Both the position numbers and the translations under genes were made by a program. Below the pieces are notes generated by a model. The model made no database searches. It was not told the DNA's origin and saw only the letters and a program-made list of their open reading frames with translations. Of a DNA stretch of 64,000 nucleotides, positions 25,110 through 37,325 are shown in pieces. Each line of letters begins with the position of its first letter. Within the stretch, counting starts at the first letter, position 1. Source of the stretch: Negaprion brevirostris (Eukaryota); NCBI GenBank assembly GCA_030324005.1, contig JARDVH010000025.1:88484128-88548127 (forward strand). The letters are read 5' to 3'.

Positions 25110-27640
25110 GGCGGGGGGCGGCGGTGCAAGGATCTCCCGCCACCGTAACGGATGATGGCCACAATGAGGAAACCCGAGAACAACGTGTTAGCCCGCTACA
25201 TTGAGTCCACGTTGCCACACAGCCTATTGTGGAGCTGTGCACAAAACGTTTTAAGATGCACTTCTGACGCGTGGTCTGCACTGTAATATATCTCTTCGTG
25301 CGCCTCCCGCATCATCATTGAGTGTTCCATGCTCCACAATATTGTGCAACAGCGACAGGCCACATGGAAGAGGAGAGGAGCATTTCCAACTGCAGCATAA
25401 GAAGGGGGTGAAGTATGAGGATCTGAAAGATAGAGGACAGGAAGCTACAACAAGGTACGGGAGGTCAGGGCAGAACAGGATGCCGTCTTCTTTGTAAGAT
25501 TCACGTAATTGCTGCCGTACAGTGTGGCAGCTAGTGCCAACACCATGCCACCACGCTTTTAGAAACGCTGCAGCTGCAGGCCCCAAAATAACCCTGACGC
25601 ATCCACTCCACCGTCCTCTTTCACCCCACACGCCACCACGACCCATCCCCTCCCCACCACCTTTCACTCACTCATCCCCCTCATATGTTTCTGAGACACA
25701 TTACACCAGGGTAATGGGCCTGGGCTGGCGGTGCTATCAAGTCTATAGTTAAGGCTGGATGATGATGACGAGTCACTGTAAGGCACACTGGGATCCTGCC
25801 CTGGCGCCATACATCTCTGACTCCTACCAGTTCTCCGACTGCGCACTGGCCTCTAGGGATAAAGGTTTAGATGACAAATGCGTGGGATAATGGGTCGAGT
25901 GATTGGTGGGGTGAAAGGGGTATAAAAATGGGCATTGTTTGACATAGGGTTTATTAGAAGTTTGGGAATGCAGTGCAGGAAGGCGGCCTCTAACCTTTAA
26001 CCGAGGAGCAGATATCGCACATCACAAAGGTCTGTCCCTCAATGCATGGAAACGGGAAACATTCAGACCTGTCGGTAGGAATCAGAAATATTAGTCACAG
26101 CTTTAATATTAAAAAAAAGATTAACCCTGTCTAGTGTTGATCTTCACGTGTGCCCTCATAGTTACGATGCAACCTTCGTATATTACATGGCCTACTGCTA
26201 ATCCTAGGTCACACAGGTTGCATATCGGAGATGGAGGCGCCCAACTATGATCATATTCTGTGATGATCTTGGAGGGCGTCGATTGGGAGACTGTGACCTG
26301 AAGGGTACCGGCCGACTTGCACATGATGCTGATGCCTCCGTGTCACCTTATTTATCCTGGCATTTCCTGGTGTGAGGAAGGAGAAGTTCGAAAGTTCAGG
26401 GGTCGTCCGGCGTCTCCAGAACACAGAAGGCTTCAGCAGAACCTCCAGCCCTTCTTCCTCCCTCGTGGTGCCCGTTGACCCAGGGACACTCCGTGAGACT
26501 CCAGTGCAGTTGTACTGAGATCTACAAGCCTCGAGGTCACCTGGCTCTGCCAGTCACCGAGGTCCAGATTTATCTGTACCATGTCCTGTCATCCACACGC
26601 ACTAGCCGTCTGACACTGGGCCAAACTCGAGAGCCAATCTCCATTAGCCCCGTGAGGACAGAGTTGCCAAGGTCCACATCCACAGCCTGCTGAGCCTCCA
26701 AAACCCCTGCAAGAGCCCAAGGCATGGCCAGCTGCGTCACCAAAATCCCTCTGGCACACTAGATCATGGGCCAACGTGCCTTCAGAATGCCAACAACATC
26801 CTTGGTCATGCCCTATTGTGTCTCTGCCATGATCCGTTGTGCATTCAGGATGGCCTGCACTCGACACCCATGAAGGCAAATATCTGACTCAGACGTTTCA
26901 CGACTGATGCCACCCTTACAATATTGGCTGTGTACCACGCTGTGCCAGCACCACCTCCTGTGACAGTGCCCTGTTGAATTTCTAAAAACTGTCTTGCTGC
27001 TGCTGCTGCATTCTTGCAGACAACCACCAAAAATTGTCCTGGTCTGCTGATGCATCTCCACCAGCTTCTGGATGACCTATCCCAATGGCTTGACAACTGG
27101 CTCTGACCAGCTCAATCGTCACATCTTGCAGAATTCCAATTGGAGGGTCTTAGCGGCTGCTCAGTGCTCACCAGTAAGTGACCCAAAAGCGTCACCTGTA
27201 ACATGGCCTACCGTCGTGGTTGTCTGTGTCGGTAATTTGTGTCGTAGTTGCCTATGTCAATTCATTTGTGCTGTCGTAGGGGGATCGTCCAGCCATCATT
27301 CCAAGTTGTCCTCTGAGGTGTCCTGAGAATCTGAGCAGACAGAGCAGAAGGGCGGCGGCACCAAAAGAGCCTGGGGCATCAGAACTGTCTCCTCTAAGAA
27401 TGGAGACGTTCGTCGAAGGTTCGGAAAACAGTCTGCTTAACATGGCACTTGCATCAAAAAATACATTAGGAATATGATTCAGCTGATGCTTACCTGCATG
27501 TTAGATGCCGGCTTCGCTGTCGATGAGCATTTCCTGCTCCAGCTCTCGGGCGTACTGCTCAAAGTCTGATAACAGGCAAAGCTCGGGAAACCACCATGAA
27601 TTTTCTCCATCCATCTTCTACTAATTATATCCTGTGAACA
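25110..27640. mobile_element. PIF/Harbinger DNA transposon remnant (nuclease C-terminus on +, probable second ORF on -)
   Basis: Plus strand from 25208 reads HVATQPIVELCTKRFKMHF*R and from 25323 CSMLHNIVQQR, matching the HARBI1-type H..TR..IE..FG.LK.RFR and CC.LHN motifs. The following GC-richer minus-strand ORF debris fits the convergent second ORF (inferred). Ends are approximate. Confidence 0.7.
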
Positions 27641-27899
27641 TAATGGGGATTAAATGAAAAACTGTATCGAAGGGCATGGGTTCAATGTGTCTCGGAGTGG
27701 GGCTGCATCAAGTCACAATGAGCAAACATGATAGAGGGAGATGATGACAGTGGTATTATCGTTTAACGAGAAATCTAGATAAATCCAAGACAAATGGGGG
27801 AGATTTCAAAACGTAATAGAACATCTGGAATTAAATGTCGAATGGCAACAATGAAACAATTAAGCGTTACTAATTATCGTAAAAAAAAATCGTTCACTT

Positions 27900-30800
27900 T
27901 TGTACTTTCTGGGGCAAAACTGCCGCCTTTTTATCCATTCCTGCAAAAATATATATATATTACCACCCAAGATACAGCTGGACGGTTCAAAAATTACATG
28001 TCTGCACGGGTGGGAACGCAAAAGGTGGTGAGGTAGCTTACAAGAGGGGGGGCGGTGGGGGGGGAAATAAACGTTCCGCACAAACGTCCTGACTACAGAT
28101 ACAGAATAATCACCAAACACTCCTGTGGCGACAAATTTTATTTTGGATTACCTGGATCAGGCGTCTTGTTAAATTCGAAAATGTATTCTTGATAGAACTG
28201 ACAATGAAAAGGTAAATGCAAAGAATGATTCCAGAATGTTTGAAGTGATGATGTCAATCTGAGTGAACTTACTCCGCCCTTGCTGAAATAAGAAGAAAAT
28301 TAAGCCACTCCGTCCCAGACAGGATAGATCTTTGTGTCATAAGACTTGCAGTGATTTTAAGACATAAAACTAAAAATCTAACGGAAATGGGAGTTACATC
28401 AGGTAGAATGGGAGTGCGTGTTTAATGATAGGAATTATTATACTGCAATAATGGATTCTAATTAAAATGTGTCACATGATTATGCAAAGTTAGTGAATCA
28501 ATCACAAAACTGGAGTAGTAGTTCGAAACACAAAGCCTGTTTTAAATTTTGAATCTGGGAAGGTTGAAAACTGTATTAGATGCCAGACGGGCTAAAAGAG
28601 AGAGCCCAGTTATAATACTAAATTGACAAATTAATATAATAATAAATGAGGGAAATAATTCAGTGGAATAAATGAGAAAATAAAATGAACGGAATAATAA
28701 AAGGTATATTAGAGAGGAGCTGATAATAAATAGAAGAGAACAGAATCAAAAGTGAGATTCATTAGATACAAGAGGGGTATTTAAAGGGATTCAAGGAAGT
28801 AGAATAGTTTACGTGATAGCTATAGATGAGGAAACAACGTATCCTTAAAAGAAAGAAGAGGCAAACTAAACATCAATGGGCAGTTGAAAGCCCACAACAC
28901 AGTTTGCTTAGTTTGGGAAGATTCTGACATAGGAAAATTTGCTGTAAGCAAGTTACCTTAATAAAATGATGTTCTTTAGGACAAGAACAAACAATTAAAA
29001 TAATATATGGTCTGGGATCAGATTAAAAGATTTGATATCTGTTTCAAATATGTTCTTTGGTTATAATATTCGAAAAAAAATGCATAAAGAGTTTTCACCA
29101 GAAAAAAGGATAAAACAAGCATTGAAGAGTTTTTTTTAGCTATTGTAGGAAGTTTTTGGAAGATTACGCCCAAGTGCGAAAGCCCTCACAGGACTTAATA
29201 AAGGGAGGGAACACTAGTCAGAACAATATAGAGGAGAGCGATGCAGAAGTACAGGCTTTTTTTTCAGATTTGAGTCAGGCTTTGTGACAGCACCAGCTCT
29301 GGGATTTCCTGAAATCGCCAAACTATTTCACATTTTCTGTGAGGAAAGTGATGCAATGCAGGCAGCTGTACTTGCTTTGCAGCACAGGACAGAATATTAG
29401 CAAGAGTGGTCCCAAAACAAGTGAGTTTTGCATCCAAATGGACCGGGCCCTACGACATCATTATGACAAGTGACACTTGTATTGATGTGAAAACTGAAGC
29501 GTTATGATCCAAAGGATAATGTCTGAACACGCAATGATGAGGGAAACCGCCTGCATGCTGAATGTTACCAGGCGTGACTTAGCGCTCTGCAGCACAGTGC
29601 AATTGGGCATTTGTATTCATTTTTTTCTTTTATATGGCGTGCATGTTATTTTTTAAAAGGGCAATATTGAGGACTCAAACAAGTCACCGCTTTCCAGAGC
29701 CACCTGAAGAGATAGAAATGTTAAGACTTCCCTAACCTAAATCGAATTCTCTCCTTTTAAACCCAGGACGCTAGCTTGCATGGAAAGAGTTAAATTAATA
29801 GTGTTGATTAATTCATGGTGCCCCAGGCTCATTTTGTTTTAAACCCATAGGTCACGGAATTTAAATGGGTACTTCAGCTTTGCGGACTCATCCTCCTGGA
29901 CGTCTCTTCAGAAACACTGTCCCTGAAAGATGTCGACCGATCCTTCAAACGCAACAGACCTTGGTGGGCCGAAATCCCATGGGCTACGGAGCGTTGTGCA
30001 ACTTCGCCGACGGAATTTGCATTCGGGCAGGAAATGACTGGACTAAAGATAAAACTTACTTTAATGCTTCGTTATAAGTTTATCCGGACAAGGATCACGT
30101 ACTTCCGATGGGGCCACTGATTGTGTGGATCACAGGGAACTGCAGAAAAAGGACGGATGTATTTTTGGAATTATATATGTAGCTGGGCTCCGCCCATCCC
30201 AACTGCCCAAGAAGAAACTTGGAGTGTGAGGATATTATGAGGAGACGGATGCAGTGGCACTATCCCAGTATGCTTGTTTTCCCCCTCCTATTACTCCACC
30301 GTCCGCTCCGTTTCCCTTTCCAGCAATATTGCCATGTCCCATGGTGTATAAGGGACCAGAGAACTGGATTGTACTCCTAAACGAAGGAGAAATGTTGTAT
30401 GATAATGTAAAATAGGAGATTGGACCGGTTCTCGTCAATATTCAATTGCCGGAATACTGTTCAGAACAATCTAAAAGCATATATATTTTATTAAGTCAAA
30501 TTATATTTGAGACAGGCTGTCGACGCCATGGGGACATCTAGAGCTCGGAGACAGGAGAAAAAGAGGGATAGTTAGTGACATGCTCACAGAGGTGAATACA
30601 GGACCCTCCCTGGTAAATTCATTGGATATCCAGGGGTGAAGTGAGAAAGTGGAACAACTTAAACCGGTCATGAGGGATCTCCTAAAACGATCAGAGGAGT
30701 CACAAGAGATACATTCAATTTTGGGGGAGGCAGGTATGAATATCCAGTTAGATAGAATAACATGCTGGAGGACTATGCTCGTACGATTGACCACCAGATA

Positions 30801-31232
30801 GACAGAGAGAAGGGAGGACACTGCACTCTTATAACAGGGGCAACTTTGCCTTGCATACGGCCTATGGGTGGTGAGACAGATGAAACATAATTACGGTCAT
30901 ACCCAAAGAGGGGCGGTATCCAAATTGGATTGACAGCTCCCGCTTGGCACATATAACAAGGCGGACAGGGGTATTGGAAAAATGCACCTTCAAAGGCCTC
31001 ACCAGTAGTCCCTGATTGTGGGATGAGCGAGACTACTGGGGGTGGGGATTGTCCTGATGAACTCTAAAGTTATACCGGGCTCAGGATCTTTTCCCTTGTT
31101 CCAGTTGGAAAACATCGGAGTAGTACCGGGAAATAACTATCTCCATTATCACCTGACCGAGACAGCAATCATACATAGGAACAATTCCTTCTATGCAGTC
31201 TCCCTTGCGGGGTGCAAGCAGAGAGGTAACAT
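27900..31232 (+). mobile_element. Decayed, internally deleted endogenous retrovirus (pro-pol-env remnants)
   Basis: Protease-like NFILD/GSG at about 28134-28165; RT thumb YCRKFLEDYAQVRKP at 29141; connection domain TAPALGFPEIAKLFHIFCE at 29287; integrase C-terminal KWTGPYDI at about 29436-29459; env with furin site RRKR at 30553-30564. No LTRs or YxDD motif seen. Confidence 0.85.
29780..31232 (+). pseudogene. Disrupted retroviral env-like gene
   Basis: Splice acceptor at 29766, then ATG at 29780 with a hydrophobic start; Cys- and Pro-rich SU-like part; RRKR|GIVSDMLT..., a heptad-like segment, GRYPNWIDSSRL and FQLENIGVVPGNNYLHY...VSLAGCKQRGN. Contains stops and frameshifts and is cut by a CR1 before any transmembrane anchor. 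Confidence 0.75.
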
Positions 31233-31646
31233 TAAGAAAATAAGAACATAAGAAATAGGAGCAGGAGGAGGCCATCTAGCCCTTCGAGCATGCCCAGCAA
31301 TTCAATAAGATCATGGCTGATCTGAAGTGGCTCAGGTCCACTTTCCCGCCTTCTCCCCATAACCCTTAATCCCCTTGGCTACCAAAAACCTATCTACCCG
31401 CGCCTTAAATATATTTAGCGAGAAAGCCTCAACCACTTCAAAGGGCAGAGAATTCCAAAGATTCACCACCCTTTGAGTGAAGAAGTTCCTCCTCAACTCC
31501 GTTCTAAACCGCACCCCCCCCGACTTTATCTTGAGGCTGTGCCCTCTAGTCCTACTGTCCTTTCTGAGCGGGAAGAGCCTCTCCACCTCTATCCTATCCA
31601 TCCCATTCATCATCTTATGTCTCAATGAGATCTCCCCTCATTCTTC
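31233..31646 (-). mobile_element. Young 5'-truncated CR1 LINE
   Basis: ORF 31332-31625 reads SRTRGHSLKIK..RFRTELRRNFFTQRVVNLWNSLP.EVVEA.SLNIFKARVDRFL; microsatellite-like tail at 31233-31255. Confidence 0.92.
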
Positions 31647-31950
31647 GTCTGTTCCCCTGACAATAGAATCTCATTACTATTGCCCTACCTCCCCTCCTAT
31701 ACAGAGAGGCTGCTTGTGGTGCCAGAAGCTTGGTGTTATCTGGAGGAAATAGGGGACTCTTGGACTGCCTGGTCATCAATTCCCTTCCTTTGTTAGGTCA
31801 TTTCAGCTTTGGTGTGACTACCTCTCTCAACATGCTGTCCACAGTGCTCTGACTCATGGATGGACTGGTGTCCTCAACTGCTGTTCTGGCTGTGAAACAC
31901 AAGCTTCCAGGTGCTGTAGCTGGATGCTTCCTGCACACATAGTGACCTGG
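31647..31950 (-). mobile_element. Old CR1 LINE, right part (continuation of 23070-24836)
   Basis: Begins gtctgttcccctgacaatagaatc, which follows cagaa..gcc in the shark CR1 ORF1 region as recalled. Confidence 0.6.
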
Positions 31951-32734
31951 GCACTGGAAATGTGCCCATCCTCCCACATGAAACAAGAGGAGCAAACCAT
32001 GGCTTTGAATTCTTCTGGCATGACAAAGCTGAAGTTTAAAAACTTTAGACAACTTTTTAAAGATGAAATAAGTCAAATAATTTCCTATCCTTGTACAATG
32101 ATTTACAATTTAATATAGCTTGTAAATTCCCAACTGGACTGCTCCTGTTGGGAAATTTTTGGCAGTGATGTCTGGAAGGACACTTTTCCCAAACTAGCTA
32201 TTTGTCAGCCACTTTTGGAAGATCTGAATAATGAATAACCTAACATTGTTGCATGGATTCTGGCTGCCTATGTTCCCAGTCTGATTGCCCTGGATAATCA
32301 AGGGGTGTTTTTTTTCTAGATACAATGCCAGTGTCTTTGCTATTTCAAGGGTAAAATTGACCAACAGCGTGAACATTCCTCAGGATTCTTGCCTGCCTTC
32401 AAAATCAAGGAAATAATGGGCTTCAAGTGGTTGTACATACTGATCAAATTAGCAAGTCTTTAAATTCCTTAAAATTCACCCCTAAACCTATCAGGCCCTG
32501 GAGTCTTCAGGTCCATCGAGGCAAAAACCACTTCCCCTTACAAATGGGTCCATTTAGGGTTGACCTTTGAAAGTTGAGGGAAGAGAGGTTCCAGATGCAA
32601 CAGTGTACCTTCAGATTGATGTTTTATACAAAACTGCATGGAAGCATTTTAAATGCTTTAAGACCCTCTGCCTTAATCATCCTATTAGACTTCTAGATTC
32701 TGTGGCTATAGTCCTAAGGCGAACAGAATATTTG

Positions 32735-33010
32735 TTGAATCCCTACAGTGCAGAAGGAGACCATTTGGCCCTTTGAGTCTACACTGACCACAATCCTATC
32801 CTGGCCTTATTCCCATAACCTCTCATTTAGCCTGCTAATTCCCCTGACACTAGGATCAATTTAGCATGGCCAATCAACCTAATCCACACATCTTAAGACT
32901 GTGTGAGGAAACCGAAGCCCCTGGAGGAAACCCATGCAGACATGGAGGATGTGCAAACTCCACACAGTGACCTGGATCCCTGGTGCTGAGGCAGCAGTGC
33001 TAGCCAGTAT
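32735..33010 (-). mobile_element. HE1-type V-SINE
   Basis: caatttagcatggccaatcaacctaa...ggaaacccatgcagacatgg...tgcaaactccacacag...gaggcagcagtgcta (V-domain plus tRNA head). Confidence 0.85.
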
Positions 33011-33049
33011 CCCAAAGAGGAAGAGTTAATTTCTAAACTCACGTTTTTG

Positions 33050-33270
33050 TTCAGGTTCCATTCCTGTCTTGGGCCACTGAATCTGCACGTTCTCCCTGTG
33101 CTTGTGTGAGTTTCAATCCACAGTCTGAAAACATGCTAGTTAAGTGCATTGGCCATGTTAAATTCTCCCTCTGTATCCAAAGAAGTGCCAGAATGTGGCA
33201 ACTAGAGGATTTTCAGAGCAACTTCATTGTAGTGTTAGTGTAAGCCTACTTGTGAGTAAGTAAACTTTAT
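33050..33270 (+). mobile_element. V-SINE, head-to-head with the previous copy
   Basis: ggttccattcc B-box, tctgcacgttctccctgtg V-domain, tail gtaagcctacttgtga...taaacttta. Same subfamily as the reverse of 59465-59755. Confidence 0.8.
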
Positions 33271-35344
33271 ATGCTAAACTCAGCACATTGAGCCAGCTGT
33301 TTGGATTGAATTAATTTCTTTCACCATTTAGTGACTAGGATTCTTAGCAAACTCTCTCTATTTTGGCCAGTTTTATTTTTAGCTGTTGCTCCAGCATTTT
33401 TTATTAGCTATTTATGAAATGACTGAACCCCTCTGCACAGAATTGAGGGGCTTCCTTGAGACAGATTTGACTTCAGTAGAAAAGATTGACTTCAGTCTAA
33501 AAGCATGAGATAGTTATCCTCATGCAGAGATGTTAAATCTCCTGGATGCAGACTGAGGATGAAGCCCCTCGAATAGAAAATTCTAGAAAGACTGGTATGT
33601 GATCAGATCACAATGCTGCTGTGGAGCAGATCAGTGTAATATTGTTTATGGCATGAAAAATCAATTCAGTAATATTAGTGGGGGGCAGAGAAGGCAAACT
33701 CTATCTTTCGGATGCTGTGTTCTCCAAACATGAAGTTCCCCACTTCCTCACACCTTGATCTCTTTGCCTGTTGAGTGGGAGGATTCCGGGTTATGGGAAG
33801 TTTATACACCAAAGGATTAAGATGACAGTTGAAGTCCCAAGTATGAAGCAATTTGATGCTAATTCAAAGACTTTTTTGACAAAGTGAATAATTCGTAAGG
33901 CCATCGAATTTCATTTATTGCATTGCTCCTTACACAGCTCCAATCTGAAAGATGCATTCTTAACTAAAATTAGTCAATGAGGCAAAAATCACCAGTCCCA
34001 CCCAGTCTGTTTAAATTTCAGGCTTATTGTCATCCAGTTGAGTTTCTTGTAACAAGGGTATGTCAACTTTCTCCTTGTCAAGGAAAGACATTATTTTAAC
34101 AGAATGATGTAACTACTGTTTATTCAGCCAAAGAGTGTAGGATATTAACGTTCAGAACTTGGTTTGCTGCTAAAGATTTCCCCATCTCCAGCTATACCAA
34201 AAGTAGCAGTCTTAAGCATGAGATTTGTCTGTACTCTTGCAGGAACCAATTAAAGACTCGTTAACCCCCAGCAATTAGTTCTAAGGGGGTTTTCCTTACT
34301 AAATGTGAACAGGGTTATACTTAAAAACCTCCCATAATTACATCATGGAGTCTTTCCTCATCAGAAAAGAGAATATATGCCAGAAAAAGTGAATACAGAA
34401 TACTATTTCTGCATTCTAACTTCTCCTATTACGACTTGAGCCACTTGCCTACCTCACAGTAGAGGCATTAATATTTATCATGAGCAAAGGATTAAAAGGA
34501 ATATAGTAATACTAAGCATACAGATGAAAGGAAGATGGATATTTACACACAGCCCTAGTGTTGTATAATCTGCAGTGTACTCCCTTGCCATATTGAAATC
34601 TGTTCTACCCCAGTTAGTTCTGACTACTCCTTTTTTGACTATTTTCTTCTTTGCATTCATCTGTTCAACCGGTAATATTCTTGGGACTTGATATAGAATT
34701 CTCAGTCCTAGATTAGGCACGTATGAGCTGTGTAATCACAGGATTGCAATCTGAATTGCACTGGAGCTCATGGAAATACAGCTATTCCTGTGCTCTTGTC
34801 ACATGACTCTCAACATGTCTGCATGTGACTCTAGATCCACAGCAATGTGGTTGATTCTTGAATGCAAGTGCCACATTTCAAGGACAGTTGAGGGGTGGAC
34901 AATAAATGTGTGTGGGCAGTGTGATAGAAACATGCAGAATTTGCAGTGGGAGTCTTCAACCCGATGTGTCTGTCAGCAGAAAAGCAACTAAAATGCACAC
35001 AGCTAATCACAGCCACTTTCTCAGTCTGAGTTTCTTATATGGCCATATTAACTGTATAAAATGGGTCGTGTCCTGATTTTTGTGCAGATGAAACCTATTA
35101 AATTTGAACTCCATGCCGTTCAGTACTTGGTACCTTTTGCGGCTCACTTCCCTTTCCCACAACCAATGTGCCTGTTGCAAACTAAAAAGTCAGATGTTGA
35201 TCTTCAGTGGTGTAATGATTGTTAGCTTTTAAATTGTTTTTGCAGAGAATGAGTCCCATTGTTCTACCCTTGCTGTTAGGCCCAAAGGATTATGTGGAGA
35301 AGTTTTTACTGGTGAATATTGGAAAATGAGGATAAGATCACCAA

Positions 35345-35590
35345 TCCCTACAATGCAGAAGGAGGTCATTTGAGCCCATTGAGTCTGCATCCACCTCCAA
35401 AAGAGCACTCTATATGGCCCTAGTCCCCTGCCCTTATCCCCATACCCACACATTTTACCATGTCAACCCACCTAACCCATCTTCAGGCTGTGGGAGGAAA
35501 TCTTAGGAGAATGTGCCAACCCAAGCTGGAATGATCAAATCCAGGCCCCTAAGGCTGAGAGGCACAGTGCTAACTATTCCACCGCACAGC
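35345..35590 (-). mobile_element. HE1-type V-SINE (degenerate)
   Basis: atccctacaatgcagaaggagg...ctgtgggaggaaa...gctgagaggcacagtgcta, matching the copy at 32735. Confidence 0.7.
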
Positions 35591-37154
35591 CCTTTGAGGA
35601 GCATAGATTCATGGAAAATATTAAGCAAGTTGAGAAGACAAAATGCCAGGATTTGGCTAAATATATGCCAGGATTCTGAAGGAAATTATGCAGCCCTGGA
35701 AATTGTATTTGCTGGGCGGTATTGAATGTTTTCTGCAGGTCTGAGTGCCCATGTAGTTCCTGTGGTTTCTTTAAGACTGGGCACTTGCCAAACTGGCATC
35801 TGTGGTAGGGATAATGAAAATACAAGAACCCCCCTCAAAGAGAACATGACCAGCCTACATGGGCTTAATGTTGAGGTTGCAGGGGAGGAAGGCAATGGGA
35901 TGACTGTTACACGTAGATCCTGAGGTGCATGTGGTTGATGTAAGAACGAGGAAGAAACCTGCAGAAGTTGAGCACTCTTTTCTCACTGTGGTCTTGTTCT
36001 ATTATTACCCACTTGTATTCAATGTGCATATGTGATTAGCCCTACAGGAAGGATGTGATCAAGACTTTTGAAAGGTAAAATATAATTCAATAGGTTAACA
36101 GTTATAAATGTATTTTTCAAAGGAAGTGGGTGTTGCTGGCTGGGCCAGCTTTTGCACATCCTTAATTGCCCTTGATCTGAGTGATTTGTTCAGCCATTTC
36201 CAATGGCATTTAGGAGTCCATTACATTGGTGTGGATGTAGAGTTGCAAGTAGGCCAGGCCAGTAACAATATAGGGTATTAATGAGACTGTACTTGGAGCA
36301 CTCTGTAGTTTTGGACCGCTTGTGGAGGGATGTAGTTGTATTGGAGACGATCACTAGGTTGATTCCAGAGATGAGAGGTTGAACAGTTTAGGCACATAAT
36401 CCAGAATTTAGAAGAATGAGAGGATAAGATGATAAAAGATATTGACAAAGACAGAGTGGATGCTTCCTTTTGTGGGGCAACCTAGAACAGGAAGCTATAG
36501 TTCTAGAATAAGGAATACCAGATTTAAAACAAATCAATTATTTTTCTCTTCCAGTTATATATGGCTTCACCCAGTATGTGATGGGTGCTAGGACATTTGA
36601 GACTGAGTCTGCTGAATGGTGGAGCAGATTTGAGGTGCTGATTTATCTACTCATGCTCAGAGTTGTGTGGTGTGTTTTATGACAATCTACTATTCCAGAT
36701 TTGTATTTCACCAACTACTGGGGATTTGAATCAAGGTCTCCAGGGTCTCTGGATTACTAGTCCAGTGACAGTACAATTGCCATCATCTCCTGTGATGAGA
36801 TGGGGGGAAGGAGCTGATGCAGCACCTGGATAGTAAATGTAAAGTGGTGATTTTTTTTTTGATTAAAGTAGGCACTGGACTCTGCAAGGGTAGAGGGATT
36901 TGGAGGTTCAAGCCTGAAGAAAGCAACTCTGCAGATTGGTAATGTTACATTTCAACTTATTTGCAAATGCTGGTGTCTGGATGCTTCTACTGCCAAACAA
37001 TAGTCTTCCCATCGCTGGATGCTGGTGAGGTAGATGCTATGCAACAGCACTGCCAAGAGTTGTATGTTCTGAGTGATCCACATAGTCCATTTGTGTGTGT
37101 ACAGCAGTTTTGGTGCCATTGATGTGAAGCAAGACTATCTACAAGTATTAGACT

Positions 37155-37325
37155 CAGAATCCCTGCAGTGCAGAGGCCATTCAGCCCATTAAGTCTGCAC
37201 AAACTTATCTACAGAGCACCTTATCTAGGCCCACTCCAGCCCCATTAATCCCCCAACTTTTGTCTTTGGACTGTGGGAGGGAACTCCTAAAGATATGGGG
37301 AGAACTCCACACAGTCACCCAAATC
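37155..37325 (-). mobile_element. HE1-type V-SINE fragment
   Basis: gaatccctgcagtgcagaggccattcagcccat...tttggactgtgggagg...actccacacagtcaccc. Confidence 0.7.

Noticed and set aside
27794-28036. ORF starting MGEISK as a myristoylated gag start
   Set aside because: The 5' part (about 27737-27900) matches the SINE family seen at 1345-1700 (gtggtattatcg, atctggaattaa, atgaaac), so the MG start is probably coincidental.
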